A DNA stretch of 33,062 nucleotides, from the NCBI GenBank assembly GCA_963973175.1, contig CAXAYM010000001.1:1-33062 (forward strand), read 5' to 3'. Shown here piece by piece: positions 1-8,374 of this stretch. The translations under genes and the position numbers were made by a program. The number at the start of each line of letters is the position of its first letter. Positions within the stretch are counted from its first letter, which is position 1. Source of the stretch: an uncultured Arenimonas sp. (GTDB lineage Bacteria > Pseudomonadota > Gammaproteobacteria > Xanthomonadales > Xanthomonadaceae). The notes below the pieces were generated by a model. That model searched no databases. It saw only the letters and a list, made by a program, of their open reading frames with translations, and had not been told where the DNA came from.

Positions 1-177
1 CGGGTGGGGCGCGAAGTGTGCGGCAAGCCGGAAACACCATCGCCTGCCGGAGGTCAGGGGCCGATCTGGCGCCCAGCATCGCAGCGCCGGAAATGGTGAT
101 CCCGGCACCCGCGCCAGCACTCACGGCATTACCACGCGCGAGGGTGTTCCATGGAGCTTCCCGAACCGGGCCGCGCC

Positions 178-747
178 ATGAACCTCATCCGCTGGCTATC
201 GCTTGCCGCCATGATCTCGCTCCCGGCCCTCGCGCCGGGGCAGGAAACCGCCATGACACCCCTGATCACCTTCGACCCGAAGGCCGACGAGCCCCGTTGG
301 ATCGCCGTGAACGACGGCGTGATGGGCGGCCGCTCCGAAGGCGGTCCCCAGGTCCTGGACGGCGTGCTGCATTTCACCGGCACGCTCTCGCTGGCCAACA
401 ATGGTGGCTTCTCGTCGGTGCGCACGGTGGGCCGGCGCTTCGATTTCAGCGGCAAGGAGGCGGTGGTGCTGCGGGTGAGGGGCGACGGCCGGCCGTACCA
501 GCTTCGCCTGGCCACCGATGCGACCTGGCGCGGCATCACGGTGTCCTGGGGTGCCGGGTTTTCCACCACCGCTGGCGAATGGACCACGGTGCGCATTCCA
601 CTGGCCGACCTTCGCCCCAGCGCCCACGGCCGCGACCTGCAGGGCCCGCCCATGGATCGCGGCGTGGTGCGCGAACTGGGCCTGTTGATAGGTGACAAGC
701 GCGAGGGGCCTTTCCATCTGCAGGTGGACTGGATCGGCCTGGAGTAG
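178..747 (+). CDS. CIA30-family (complex I intermediate-associated protein 30-like) exported protein
   Basis: Motifs W..VNDGVMGGRS, GTLSLANNGGFSSVR and VRGDGRPY are typical of CIA30. The ATG at 178 gives a signal peptide (MNLIRWLSLAAMISLPALA); an alternative ATG lies at 151. Confidence 0.88.
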   Translation: MNLIRWLSLAAMISLPALAPGQETAMTPLITFDPKADEPRWIAVNDGVMGGRSEGGPQVLDGVLHFTGTLSLANNGGFSSVRTVGRRFDFSGKEAVVLRVRGDGRPYQLRLATDATWRGITVSWGAGFSTTAGEWTTVRIPLADLRPSAHGRDLQGPPMDRGVVRELGLLIGDKREGPFHLQVDWIGLE

Positions 748-810
748 CGTCCTGGACCGCGTCCATCCCGCGTTTCTTCCGTCATTGGCAGGTACTGGAA
801 GGAAGCTGGA

Positions 811-1626
811 ATGCGCGGTCGCATGTTCTGCGTGGTCTTGTCGGCGGCCCTGGTAGCTGCCTGTTCGGAAGAGTCCGCGCCCGCGCAGGCCGCTGCCCCT
901 GTCGCGCCTGCGCCAGTGTCGTCGGCCGGCGACCCCGTGGAAGGCCTGCGTGTTGCCACCCGCGTCGGCTGCAATGGCTGCCACGGGGCCGATGCCGCCG
1001 GGCGTGTGTTCGTGGAGGACCCGAAGCAGGGCCTTATCGTCGCGCCCAACCTCACTCAGGTGCGTCACCTGTACACCGATGAGGGCCTGGCGGCCTTGCT
1101 GCACGAAGGCCGGACCCACGATGGCCACGTGCCCTGGGGCATGCCCATCCAGATGTTCCAGCACCTGAGCCACCAGGAAGTGCGCGACATCACCGCCTGG
1201 CTGCGTTCCTTGCCCGATACGGCGGGAAGCGCCCCCGAGCGCTCCGCCTTGACGCCTGAACTCACGGCGGCGATTGCCGACGGCAGCCACGAATGGCTGC
1301 CCGACATGAAACCCAGCCCCGGCAACGTGCCGCCCGCCGCGCCGCCTGCTGGCGGCGTGGACCTCGGCCGGCACCTGGCGTTCACCAGCTGCGGCGAGTG
1401 CCACGGCTGGGATCTGAACGGCTGGGGCGGTCCCACGGATCCGCCAAACCTGGTGGTCGCGAAGGCCTACACCCCGGAACAGTTCACCCGGCTGATGCGC
1501 ACCGGCGAAGTTGCCACGGGCGGCCAGTCGGCCAGCGGCTTGATGAGCAAGGTGGCGGCGTTCCGCTATTCGGTGCTGACGGATGCGGAGATCGCGGCGC
1601 TCAAGGCCTATCTCGACAGCCGCTAG
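811..1626 (+). CDS. Diheme c-type cytochrome, probable lipoprotein
   Basis: Two heme-binding motifs, CNGCH and CGECH, each followed by PNL and a later Met (GMP, GLM) as candidate axial ligands. Lipobox LVAAC. Confidence 0.88.
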   Translation: MRGRMFCVVLSAALVAACSEESAPAQAAAPVAPAPVSSAGDPVEGLRVATRVGCNGCHGADAAGRVFVEDPKQGLIVAPNLTQVRHLYTDEGLAALLHEGRTHDGHVPWGMPIQMFQHLSHQEVRDITAWLRSLPDTAGSAPERSALTPELTAAIADGSHEWLPDMKPSPGNVPPAAPPAGGVDLGRHLAFTSCGECHGWDLNGWGGPTDPPNLVVAKAYTPEQFTRLMRTGEVATGGQSASGLMSKVAAFRYSVLTDAEIAALKAYLDSR

Positions 1627-1694
1627 CAAGCTTGGAGAACTGGCGGCCTCGGTGCACGATGGCTTCTTTGGCCACCTCTGCCCCGGAGCCCTCC

Positions 1695-2072
1695 ATGCCC
1701 GCCGTCCGCGCCCCCCAGCAAATCGCCGCGTCCCTGGACGAACTCTGGTCGCCCCGGGTCATCGCCGAGCTCGACGATGCCTACGTCAAGGTCGCCAAGG
1801 TGCAGGGCACCTTCGGCTGGCATGCCCATGCCGACGAGGACGAGCTGTTCTTCGTACTGCACGGCCGCCTGCGCATCGAGATGGAGGCCGGCAACGTGGA
1901 ACTGGGGCAGGGCGAGCTGTACGTGGTTCCCAAGGGCGTGCGCCACAACCCGGTGGCCGAGCAGGAGTGCCACATCCTGCTGGTCGAGCGTAAGTCCACC
2001 CTGCACACCGGCGATCAAGTCACCGAAAAGACGCGCAGCCTCTCCGAGCAACTGCGTGACCTGGGGGCCTAG
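1695..2072 (+). CDS. Cupin domain protein
   Basis: Cupin motifs WHAHADEDELF and VVPKGVRHNP. ATG at 1695 has GGAG upstream; the ORF-track start at 1293 overlaps the cytochrome gene. Confidence 0.9.
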   Translation: MPAVRAPQQIAASLDELWSPRVIAELDDAYVKVAKVQGTFGWHAHADEDELFFVLHGRLRIEMEAGNVELGQGELYVVPKGVRHNPVAEQECHILLVERKSTLHTGDQVTEKTRSLSEQLRDLGA

Positions 2073-2075
2073 GGC

Positions 2076-3311
2076 ATGGATGCTTACGAATTCGCGCTGT
2101 TGCTTGTCGGGCTCGCGCTGCTGGGCGCCGCCTGGGTGCCGCACCTGGTCAAGCGCAACCCGCTGACCCTGCCGATTCTCTATGTCGCGCTGGGCGCCCT
2201 GGTCTACACGCTGCCGCTGCCGCTGGTGCCGGCCAACCCGGTGCGCTTTCCGCTGATCACCGAACGCCTGACCGAACTGGCGGTGCTGGTCGCACTGGTG
2301 GGCGTGGGCCTGCGCATCGACACGCACTTTGGCTGGAGGCGCTGGTCGCTGACCTGGCGGCTGCTGGGCATCACCATGCCGCTCACCATCCTCGCCGGGC
2401 TCTGGCTGGGCCAAGCCTGGCTGGGCTACAGCGTGGCCACGGCCATGCTGCTCGGCGCCGTGCTGGCGCCCACCGACCCGGTGCTGGCCGGCGACGTGCA
2501 GGTCTACGCGCCCGGCGAGGGCGGCGAAGACCCGGTGCGCTTCGCGCTGACCTCGGAGGCCGGCTTCAACGACGGCCTGGCCTTTCCCTTTGTCTGGCTG
2601 GCGGTGGCGCTGGCCCAGGCCACCGACGGCGCGCCGGTGGACTGGGGCACCTGGATCACCATCGACGTGCTGTGGCGGGTGCTCGGCGGCGCAGCGATCG
2701 GCATCCTGGTGGGCTATGTGCTGATGCTGCTGATCTTCCGCAGCGAAAAGGAACCCACGCTTTCGAAAAGCGGCGAGGGCCTTACCGCCCTGGCGATCAC
2801 GCTGATCGTCTATGGCGTGGCCGAGCTGTGCCACACCTACGGATTCCTGGCCGTGTTCGTGGCCGCGCTGGTCATCCGCCAGAAGGAAGACACCATCGAA
2901 TTCCACGGCGTGCTCGATACCTTCGCCCAGCAGTGCGAGAAGCTGCTGATGGCCCTGATGTTGCTTCTGCTGGGCGGCGCGCTGGCCAGTGGCATCCTGT
3001 CGGCACTCGACTGGAAGGGCGTCGTCTTCGCCTTGGTGTTTGTACTGGTAGTGCGCCCCTTCGCCGGCTGGCTGGCGCTGATCGGCGCCAAATTGCCGCC
3101 GCACGACCGCTGGGCCATCGCCGTGTTCGGCGTGCGCGGCATCGGCTCCTTCTACTACCTGGCCTTTGCGATGAACCACGCCTACTTCCGCGATTCGCGC
3201 GAACTGTGGGCGGTGGTCGTGATGGTGGTGCTGCTGTCAATCCTGTTCCATGGCCTGACCGCCGGCGCGGTGATGGCCTGGCTGGATCGCCGGCGCAATA
3301 GCCGCGCCTAG
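2076..3311 (+). CDS. CPA1/NhaP-type cation:proton antiporter
   Basis: About 12 hydrophobic segments, with CPA1 motifs LAPTDPVLA, SEAGFNDG and FGVRGIGS. Starts 3 nt after the cupin stop. Confidence 0.9.
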   Translation: MDAYEFALLLVGLALLGAAWVPHLVKRNPLTLPILYVALGALVYTLPLPLVPANPVRFPLITERLTELAVLVALVGVGLRIDTHFGWRRWSLTWRLLGITMPLTILAGLWLGQAWLGYSVATAMLLGAVLAPTDPVLAGDVQVYAPGEGGEDPVRFALTSEAGFNDGLAFPFVWLAVALAQATDGAPVDWGTWITIDVLWRVLGGAAIGILVGYVLMLLIFRSEKEPTLSKSGEGLTALAITLIVYGVAELCHTYGFLAVFVAALVIRQKEDTIEFHGVLDTFAQQCEKLLMALMLLLLGGALASGILSALDWKGVVFALVFVLVVRPFAGWLALIGAKLPPHDRWAIAVFGVRGIGSFYYLAFAMNHAYFRDSRELWAVVVMVVLLSILFHGLTAGAVMAWLDRRRNSRA

Positions 3312-3751
3312 CGGCAGTCGACGTCGAACCGCCCTTCCGCCTGTTTCTGGACGCCGCGCGTGGTCCCGGTGAAATAACCCGCACCCTGGACGCGCTTGCG
3401 CTCGATCTGGAAGTTCATGCTGGCGTAGGCGGTCCAATCAACGGTGCCGTCGGGTTTGGTCACGCTCACGCCAGTGGGGCCTTCGGCGCCGTTGTAGTCG
3501 ATGACAATCTCGACAGCCTCGTCCTCAGCGGCGTGGCCAGCGATGGACACGACCGGACCGGGCATGACGCTGCACTGGACATCGGCCACGACGTTCCAGG
3601 TGCGGCCGTCGATCTCGATGACGCCGGCAGGGGCGGGCGCCTGGGCCTCGGCCCCGCCGCTGGGGGCGACTGCAGGCTCCTCGTCCCTGCCGCAGCCGGA
3701 AGCCATCAGGGTGATCGCGCAAAGCGCGGCCAAAAGTTTGATGAGGTTCAT
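3308..3751 (-). CDS. Hypothetical lipoprotein with beta-rich domain and two further Cys
   Basis: Signal peptide and lipobox (MASGC), an Ala/Pro linker, then a domain ending FDVDCR. Its stop overlaps the antiporter stop (shared CTAG at 3308-3311). Confidence 0.75.
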   Translation of the reverse strand: MNLIKLLAALCAITLMASGCGRDEEPAVAPSGGAEAQAPAPAGVIEIDGRTWNVVADVQCSVMPGPVVSIAGHAAEDEAVEIVIDYNGAEGPTGVSVTKPDGTVDWTAYASMNFQIERKRVQGAGYFTGTTRGVQKQAEGRFDVDCR

Positions 3752-4020
3752 GCTTGTGTTCCTCGGGATGTGGGGCGGTCCAATTGTGCCCCTAGGATAG
3801 CGGCTGGAGAGGGTCGGTCATGACGGCGTAATTCGAAGGGTCCGAAAGGGATGGGGTACCTGCCTGCAGGATGGCCTCCTTGAGTTGAATGTGGTGAAAG
3901 TGTTATCTGATTTCCGCTCGCTCATCAGAGGCCAAGCTTCCAGGTGCAGAAAGTACGGCGGCCATGGGCAGATCCCGGTGCCTTCACAGGCTAGAGGTAG
4001 AAGTACGCAGGGGTAATGAA

Positions 4021-4881
4021 ATGGGTTGGGGATTGAAGCGAAATCGAACGGCCTGGAAAGACGGTCTGTCTCAGACAACTTGGCAGGATTTCGAACGCCT
4101 GCTCGCAGCGCACTACCGGAATGAAGGCTTTCGGGTCGAGCATGTTGGTACCGCCCAAAACGCACACCGTTTCGATGGCGGGGTAGACCTCGTGCTTCAT
4201 CGGGAAGGCGAGACCGTGCTTGTTCAGTGCAAGCACTGGAATGCCAATCAGGTTCCCCATAATGACGTACACCAGTTGCTTGGGTTGGTGGAAACCCGAG
4301 GGGCAACCCGAGCCATTCTGGTCACTAGTGGCGAGTTCACGGTGGCTGCCAGAGAGGCAGCGTCGCGATCTCCAAGGATCTCACTGATCGACGGAGCGGA
4401 ACTGCGCCAGACGGTTGACGCACGAATGCTTCCTGCCGTTACTGCCGGCGCAGCAATCCCCGCACGCACCCAGGGAAGCGATTGGATCCCGGTTGTCCAT
4501 AAAGCAGTTGATGCGGTGATGACCGTCCAGACCCGCGGGCGCTGGGGTCGAAGACGACAGTCTCCTGAAGCTGCATTGAAGGAGCTCGCGCTGCGACTAC
4601 TAGTGGCCGCGATCCTGCTGATTGCTGGATTGATGTTTGTCCGCAGTCAGATCGAGAACCTGAAGAACTCCGTAGCGCGGCCTGCAGCCAAACCCACATC
4701 TGTCCAACAGTCCCTGCCCATTACGAGCCAAAAACCGAGGCCTGCCAGACAGGTCGCGCCACAGCAAGCGGTCCGGCAATCTTCGGTGCCGACTACGCCA
4801 GAGGAACTCAAGGCGTGGGAGGAGAAGAATGCCGAGGCGATGAGAATACTTGAGAAGACAACGCCTTCGGTCTACGACTGA
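4021..4881 (+). CDS. Mrr-type (type IV-like) restriction endonuclease domain protein with C-terminal TM helix
   Basis: WQDFERLL..Y...G, DGGVDL and VQCK match the Mrr_cat PD-(D/E)xK variant, followed by VTSGEFT and LIDG. Hydrophobic helix LLVAAILLIAGLMFV. GC is lower than the flanks. Start could be 3964 or 4021. Confidence 0.85.
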   Translation: MGWGLKRNRTAWKDGLSQTTWQDFERLLAAHYRNEGFRVEHVGTAQNAHRFDGGVDLVLHREGETVLVQCKHWNANQVPHNDVHQLLGLVETRGATRAILVTSGEFTVAAREAASRSPRISLIDGAELRQTVDARMLPAVTAGAAIPARTQGSDWIPVVHKAVDAVMTVQTRGRWGRRRQSPEAALKELALRLLVAAILLIAGLMFVRSQIENLKNSVARPAAKPTSVQQSLPITSQKPRPARQVAPQQAVRQSSVPTTPEELKAWEEKNAEAMRILEKTTPSVYD

Positions 4882-5357
4882 CCTCGCCGGGCCGCCTCAA
4901 TCGCCGCCACGTCAATCTTGCGCATCGTCATCATGGCCTCAAAGCAGCGCTTGGCCACGGCCGGGTCCGGGTCGGTGTAGCCCTCGGTTAGAACGCGCGG
5001 GGTGATCTGCCAGGACACGCCCCACTTGTCCTTGCACCAGCCGCACTCGCTTTCCTGGCCGCCATTGCCAACGATGGCGTTCCAGTAACGGTCGGTCTCC
5101 TCCTGGTCGTCGGTGGCGACCTGGAACGAAAAGGCCTCGCTGTGCTTGAAGGTGTCCCCGCCATTGAGCCCAAGGCACGGAATGCCCATGACGGTGAACT
5201 CGACCGTGATTACGTCGCCCTGTTTGCCGGACGGGTAATCGCCCGGGGCGCGATGTACGGCTTTGACTTCGCTGTCGGGGAAGGTGGCCGCGTAGAACTC
5301 GGCGGCTTCCAACGCGGTGCCGTCGTACCAGAGGCAGACAAGATTCTTGGGGATCAT
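4872..5357 (-). CDS. VOC/PhnB-like protein (3-demethylubiquinone-9 3-methyltransferase family)
   Basis: Motifs CLWYDG.A.EAAEFY, GLNGG, SFQV.TDDQEETDRYW, CGWCKDKWGVSWQI and MMTMRKID. GGAG precedes ATG 5357. Confidence 0.92.
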   Translation of the reverse strand: MIPKNLVCLWYDGTALEAAEFYAATFPDSEVKAVHRAPGDYPSGKQGDVITVEFTVMGIPCLGLNGGDTFKHSEAFSFQVATDDQEETDRYWNAIVGNGGQESECGWCKDKWGVSWQITPRVLTEGYTDPDPAVAKRCFEAMMTMRKIDVAAIEAARRGQS

Positions 5358-5462
5358 CAGGGGCTCCAGGTGGAGGGTTCGTGGATTCGTATATATCCAA
5401 ACCCAAGGCGGAGTGCACCTCACGCCTGGCTAACCGCACGGCCCGGTGGCCCAGGCGGCGGC

Positions 5463-6779
5463 TTAGTCCGAGCCGACGACGTCCACTTGCTCGGGGCAAA
5501 GCGGGCTGACGGCCAGGACTGCTGCCTCCAGGCGGCGTAGCGCCACGGCGTAGGCGGCCTCGCGCAGGGGGCTGTCCAACTCCAGCGCGGTGTCGCCGAC
5601 GCGGCGAGCTGACTGGCTCATCACCTCTTCAAGGCGCGACTGCACCTTGGCAGCGGTCCAGCGGTCGCCGCTGCGGTTCTGCAGCCATTCGAAGTACGAG
5701 ACCGTAACGCCGCCGGCGTTGGCCAGGATGTCCGGTATCACCTGCACGCCGGCCTTCGCAAGGATGGCATCGGCGGCAGGGGTGGTCGGGCCGTTGGCGA
5801 CTTCCAGCACGACGCGGGCTTTTACCTTGCCGGCGTTGTCGGCATTCAGCTGGTCCTGCAGGGCCGCCGGCACCAACAGGTCGCAGTCGCAGCCCACCAG
5901 GGTTTCTGCGCTGGCATGTTTGCGGATGCCCTTGCCCGCGTGGTCCGCGACGCTGCCGTGGCGACGTTTGTCCTCGCGGACGGCGGCCACGTTCAGGCCG
6001 TCCTTTGCAGTGATCGCACCGCCGGAGTCCGCCAGGCCAACAATGCGGTAGCCGGCCTCCTGAAGGAGGCCCGCCAGGGCACCGCCGGCCTTGCCGAAGC
6101 CAAGGATCGCCACGCGGGTGTTGCCGGGGCTCAGGTCCAGGCGCTGCGCCAGTTCCCGCAGCACCAGGTGCGCGCCCATGCCGGTGGCGCCGTCGCGACC
6201 CTCCGAGCCGCCGATGGCGACGGGCTTGCCGGTCACCACGCCGGGCGCGGGATGGCCCTGGCAGCGGCCGTATTCGTCGGCCATCCAGGCCATCACCCGC
6301 GCGTCGGTGTTGACGTCCGGCGCGGGGATGTCGCGTTCGGGGCCGATCATGCGGCGGAAGGCCTGCACGTAGGCGTGGGCCAACCGCTGCAGTTCGGTGT
6401 CCGAGAGGGCCTTGCGGTCGACGCATACCGCGCCTTTCGCGCCGCCGAAGGGGATGTCCACCACGGCGCACTTCATCGTCATCCACAGCGACAGCGCCAT
6501 CACTTCGCGCATGTTGCTGCCGGCATGGAAGCGGATTCCACCCTTGGTCGGGCCCAGCGCATCGTTGTAGCGGCAACGCCAGGCCTTGTGGCTGCTGAGG
6601 CTGCCGTCGTCGTGGCGCAGCAGCAGGTTGGCGGCGAGGGTCTCTCGCGGGTAGTGCAGCGCCTGCAGGACTTCGTCGTGGATGCCGATGCGTTTGGCGG
6701 CGCTGTGCACGCGGGAGAAGGCGGCTTCGAAGATGTCTTCGTCGGCGTGTTTCTTCGCGGCGCTCCTGGCATTGGCCAT
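5463..6779 (-). CDS. gdhA: Glu/Leu/Phe/Val dehydrogenase, probably glutamate dehydrogenase
   Basis: Motifs GPTKGGIRFH, MTMKCA, PFGGAKG, DIPAPDVNT, VVTGKP, Rossmann GFGKAG, EVANGP and PDILANAGGVTVSYFEW. AAGGAG RBS upstream. Substrate is inferred. Confidence 0.9.
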   Translation of the reverse strand: MANARSAAKKHADEDIFEAAFSRVHSAAKRIGIHDEVLQALHYPRETLAANLLLRHDDGSLSSHKAWRCRYNDALGPTKGGIRFHAGSNMREVMALSLWMTMKCAVVDIPFGGAKGAVCVDRKALSDTELQRLAHAYVQAFRRMIGPERDIPAPDVNTDARVMAWMADEYGRCQGHPAPGVVTGKPVAIGGSEGRDGATGMGAHLVLRELAQRLDLSPGNTRVAILGFGKAGGALAGLLQEAGYRIVGLADSGGAITAKDGLNVAAVREDKRRHGSVADHAGKGIRKHASAETLVGCDCDLLVPAALQDQLNADNAGKVKARVVLEVANGPTTPAADAILAKAGVQVIPDILANAGGVTVSYFEWLQNRSGDRWTAAKVQSRLEEVMSQSARRVGDTALELDSPLREAAYAVALRRLEAAVLAVSPLCPEQVDVVGSD

Positions 6780-6820
6780 GGGCGGGAACTCCTTGATCGT
6801 CTGCTTTGCTTTTTTCTATC

Positions 6821-6835
6821 GCAAGCAACGTGCAA
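6821..6835 (-). promoter_or_regulatory. Candidate sigma-54-like -24/-12 element upstream of the dehydrogenase
   Basis: The minus strand reads TTGCACGTTGCTTGC against consensus TGGCACG-N4-TTGC. Spacing is exact, but the single mismatch hits the conserved GG. It lies about 40 nt upstream of the ATG. Confidence 0.3.
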
Positions 6836-6949
6836 GGGCGGTGAGACGAACGACTGAGCCTGAACGGATCGTTCGAACTCCTTAAATTTGCGTGAAGTGG
6901 CCATGTTGCAGGGTGTTACCCTGAGTCTTCGTTCGACGAAGGAGCCAGG

Positions 6950-8374
6950 ATGCCGCCGCAAACGCCGCCTTTCGACGAAATGGGCTGGCCCGACCAGATC
7001 CGGCCGCCTTATTCGCTGATCGATGCCTGGCTCAAGTCCGCCACGGCCGAGCAACTGGCGCTCAAGCGTCGCGAGGCGGAAGTGCTGTTCCGGCGCATCG
7101 GCATCACCTTCGCGGTGTACACCGAAGGCGGCGACGCCGAACGCCTCATCCCCTTCGATCTGATCCCGCGCGTGATGGCCCAGGCCGAATGGCAGCGGCT
7201 CCGGAAGGGCCTCGAGCAGCGCGCCAAGGCACTCAATGCCTTCCTGCACGATGTGTATCACGACCGCGACATCATTCGCGCCGGGCGCATCCCCGAAAAA
7301 CTGATCCTGCACAACGCCGAGTTCCGCCCGGAAATGAACGGGCTGGACCTGCCGGGCCACATCTATTCGCACATCTCGGGCATTGACATGGTGCGCACCG
7401 GCCCCGACGACTACTACGTGCTAGAGGACAATTGCCGCACGCCCTCGGGCGTGTCGTACATGGTCGAGAACCGGGAAGTGATGCAGCGCCTGTTCCCGGA
7501 CCTGTTCCGTCGCGCGCGGGTGGCACCGGTGGCGCACTACGCCGACGAGCTGCTTGAAACCCTGCGCTCGGTTGCGCCGCCCAACTGCCAGGGCGAACCC
7601 GCGGTGGCCCTGCTGACGCCGGGCATCCACAACAGCGCCTATTACGAACATGCCTTCCTGGCCGACGAGATGGGCATCGACCTGGTCGAAGGCGCAGACC
7701 TGATCGTACGCAACGATATTTGCTACATGCGCACGACGGCGGGCCTGGAGCGCGTGGACGTCATCTACCGGCGCATCGACGACGCCTACCTGGATCCGCT
7801 GGTGTTCCGCCCCGAGTCGATGCTCGGCTGCGCCGGCCTGCACTTCGCCGAGCGCGCCGGCAACCTGACCATCACCAATGCCATCGGCGGCGGCATCGCC
7901 GACGACAAGGCCGTGTACATCCACGTGCCGGAGATGGTCCGCTTCTACCTGGGCGAAGAGCCGTTGCTGAGCAACGTCCCGACCTACGACTGCAGCAAGC
8001 CCGATGAGCTCAAGTACGTGCTCGAGCACCTGGACGAACTGGTCGTGAAGGCGGTCCATGGCTCCGGCGGCTACGGCATGCTGGTGGGGCCGCATGCGAG
8101 CAAGGCGCAGCTGCAGGAGTTCCGCGACCTGCTCAAGACCAAACCCGAAACCTATATCGCCCAGCCCACGCTGGCGCTCTCGACGGTGCCGACCTTCGTG
8201 GAGTCCGGCGTCGCGCCGCGCCATGTCGATCTGCGGCCGTTCGTGCTTTCGGGCAGCGACAAGATGCGCGTGGTGCCGGGCGGGCTGACCCGCGTGGCCC
8301 TGAAGGAAGGCTCCCTGGTGGTCAATTCGTCGCAGGGCGGTGGCACCAAGGACACCTGGGTGTTGGAGGAGTGA
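6950..8374 (+). CDS. Circularly permuted type 2 ATP-grasp protein
   Basis: Motifs GITF.VY, IPFDLIPR, VLEDNCRTPSGVSY, LLTPG..NSAYYEH, YRRIDD.YLDPL, GSGGYGML, GGLTRVAL and VVNSSQGGGTKDTWV. GAAGGAG RBS. Confidence 0.96.
   Translation: MPPQTPPFDEMGWPDQIRPPYSLIDAWLKSATAEQLALKRREAEVLFRRIGITFAVYTEGGDAERLIPFDLIPRVMAQAEWQRLRKGLEQRAKALNAFLHDVYHDRDIIRAGRIPEKLILHNAEFRPEMNGLDLPGHIYSHISGIDMVRTGPDDYYVLEDNCRTPSGVSYMVENREVMQRLFPDLFRRARVAPVAHYADELLETLRSVAPPNCQGEPAVALLTPGIHNSAYYEHAFLADEMGIDLVEGADLIVRNDICYMRTTAGLERVDVIYRRIDDAYLDPLVFRPESMLGCAGLHFAERAGNLTITNAIGGGIADDKAVYIHVPEMVRFYLGEEPLLSNVPTYDCSKPDELKYVLEHLDELVVKAVHGSGGYGMLVGPHASKAQLQEFRDLLKTKPETYIAQPTLALSTVPTFVESGVAPRHVDLRPFVLSGSDKMRVVPGGLTRVALKEGSLVVNSSQGGGTKDTWVLEE

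Noticed and set aside
1-177. Possible gene fragment at the left edge of the window
   Set aside because: No convincing reading frame or motif, and too little sequence to judge.
3781-3967. Cluster of 6-8-bp palindromes (CAATTG, CCTAGG, GTCATGAC, TTCGAA, GGTACC, CCTGCAGG, AAGCTT, CCATGG) upstream of the nuclease, suggesting a polylinker or decoy sites
   Set aside because: About 8 in 190 bp versus roughly 3 expected by chance. They are scattered, not contiguous as in a vector polylinker, and were noticed post hoc, so the signal is not convincing.
3818-4306. 162-aa minus-strand ORF and 93-aa ORF (3991-4272) overlapping the nuclease, considered as a possible antitoxin
   Set aside because: Both are antisense to a conserved domain, with no RBS or recognisable motif.
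6897-6910. TGGCCATGTTGCA as a sigma-54 promoter for the Anbu operon
   Set aside because: The GG-to-GC spacing is 7 nt, not the required 10.
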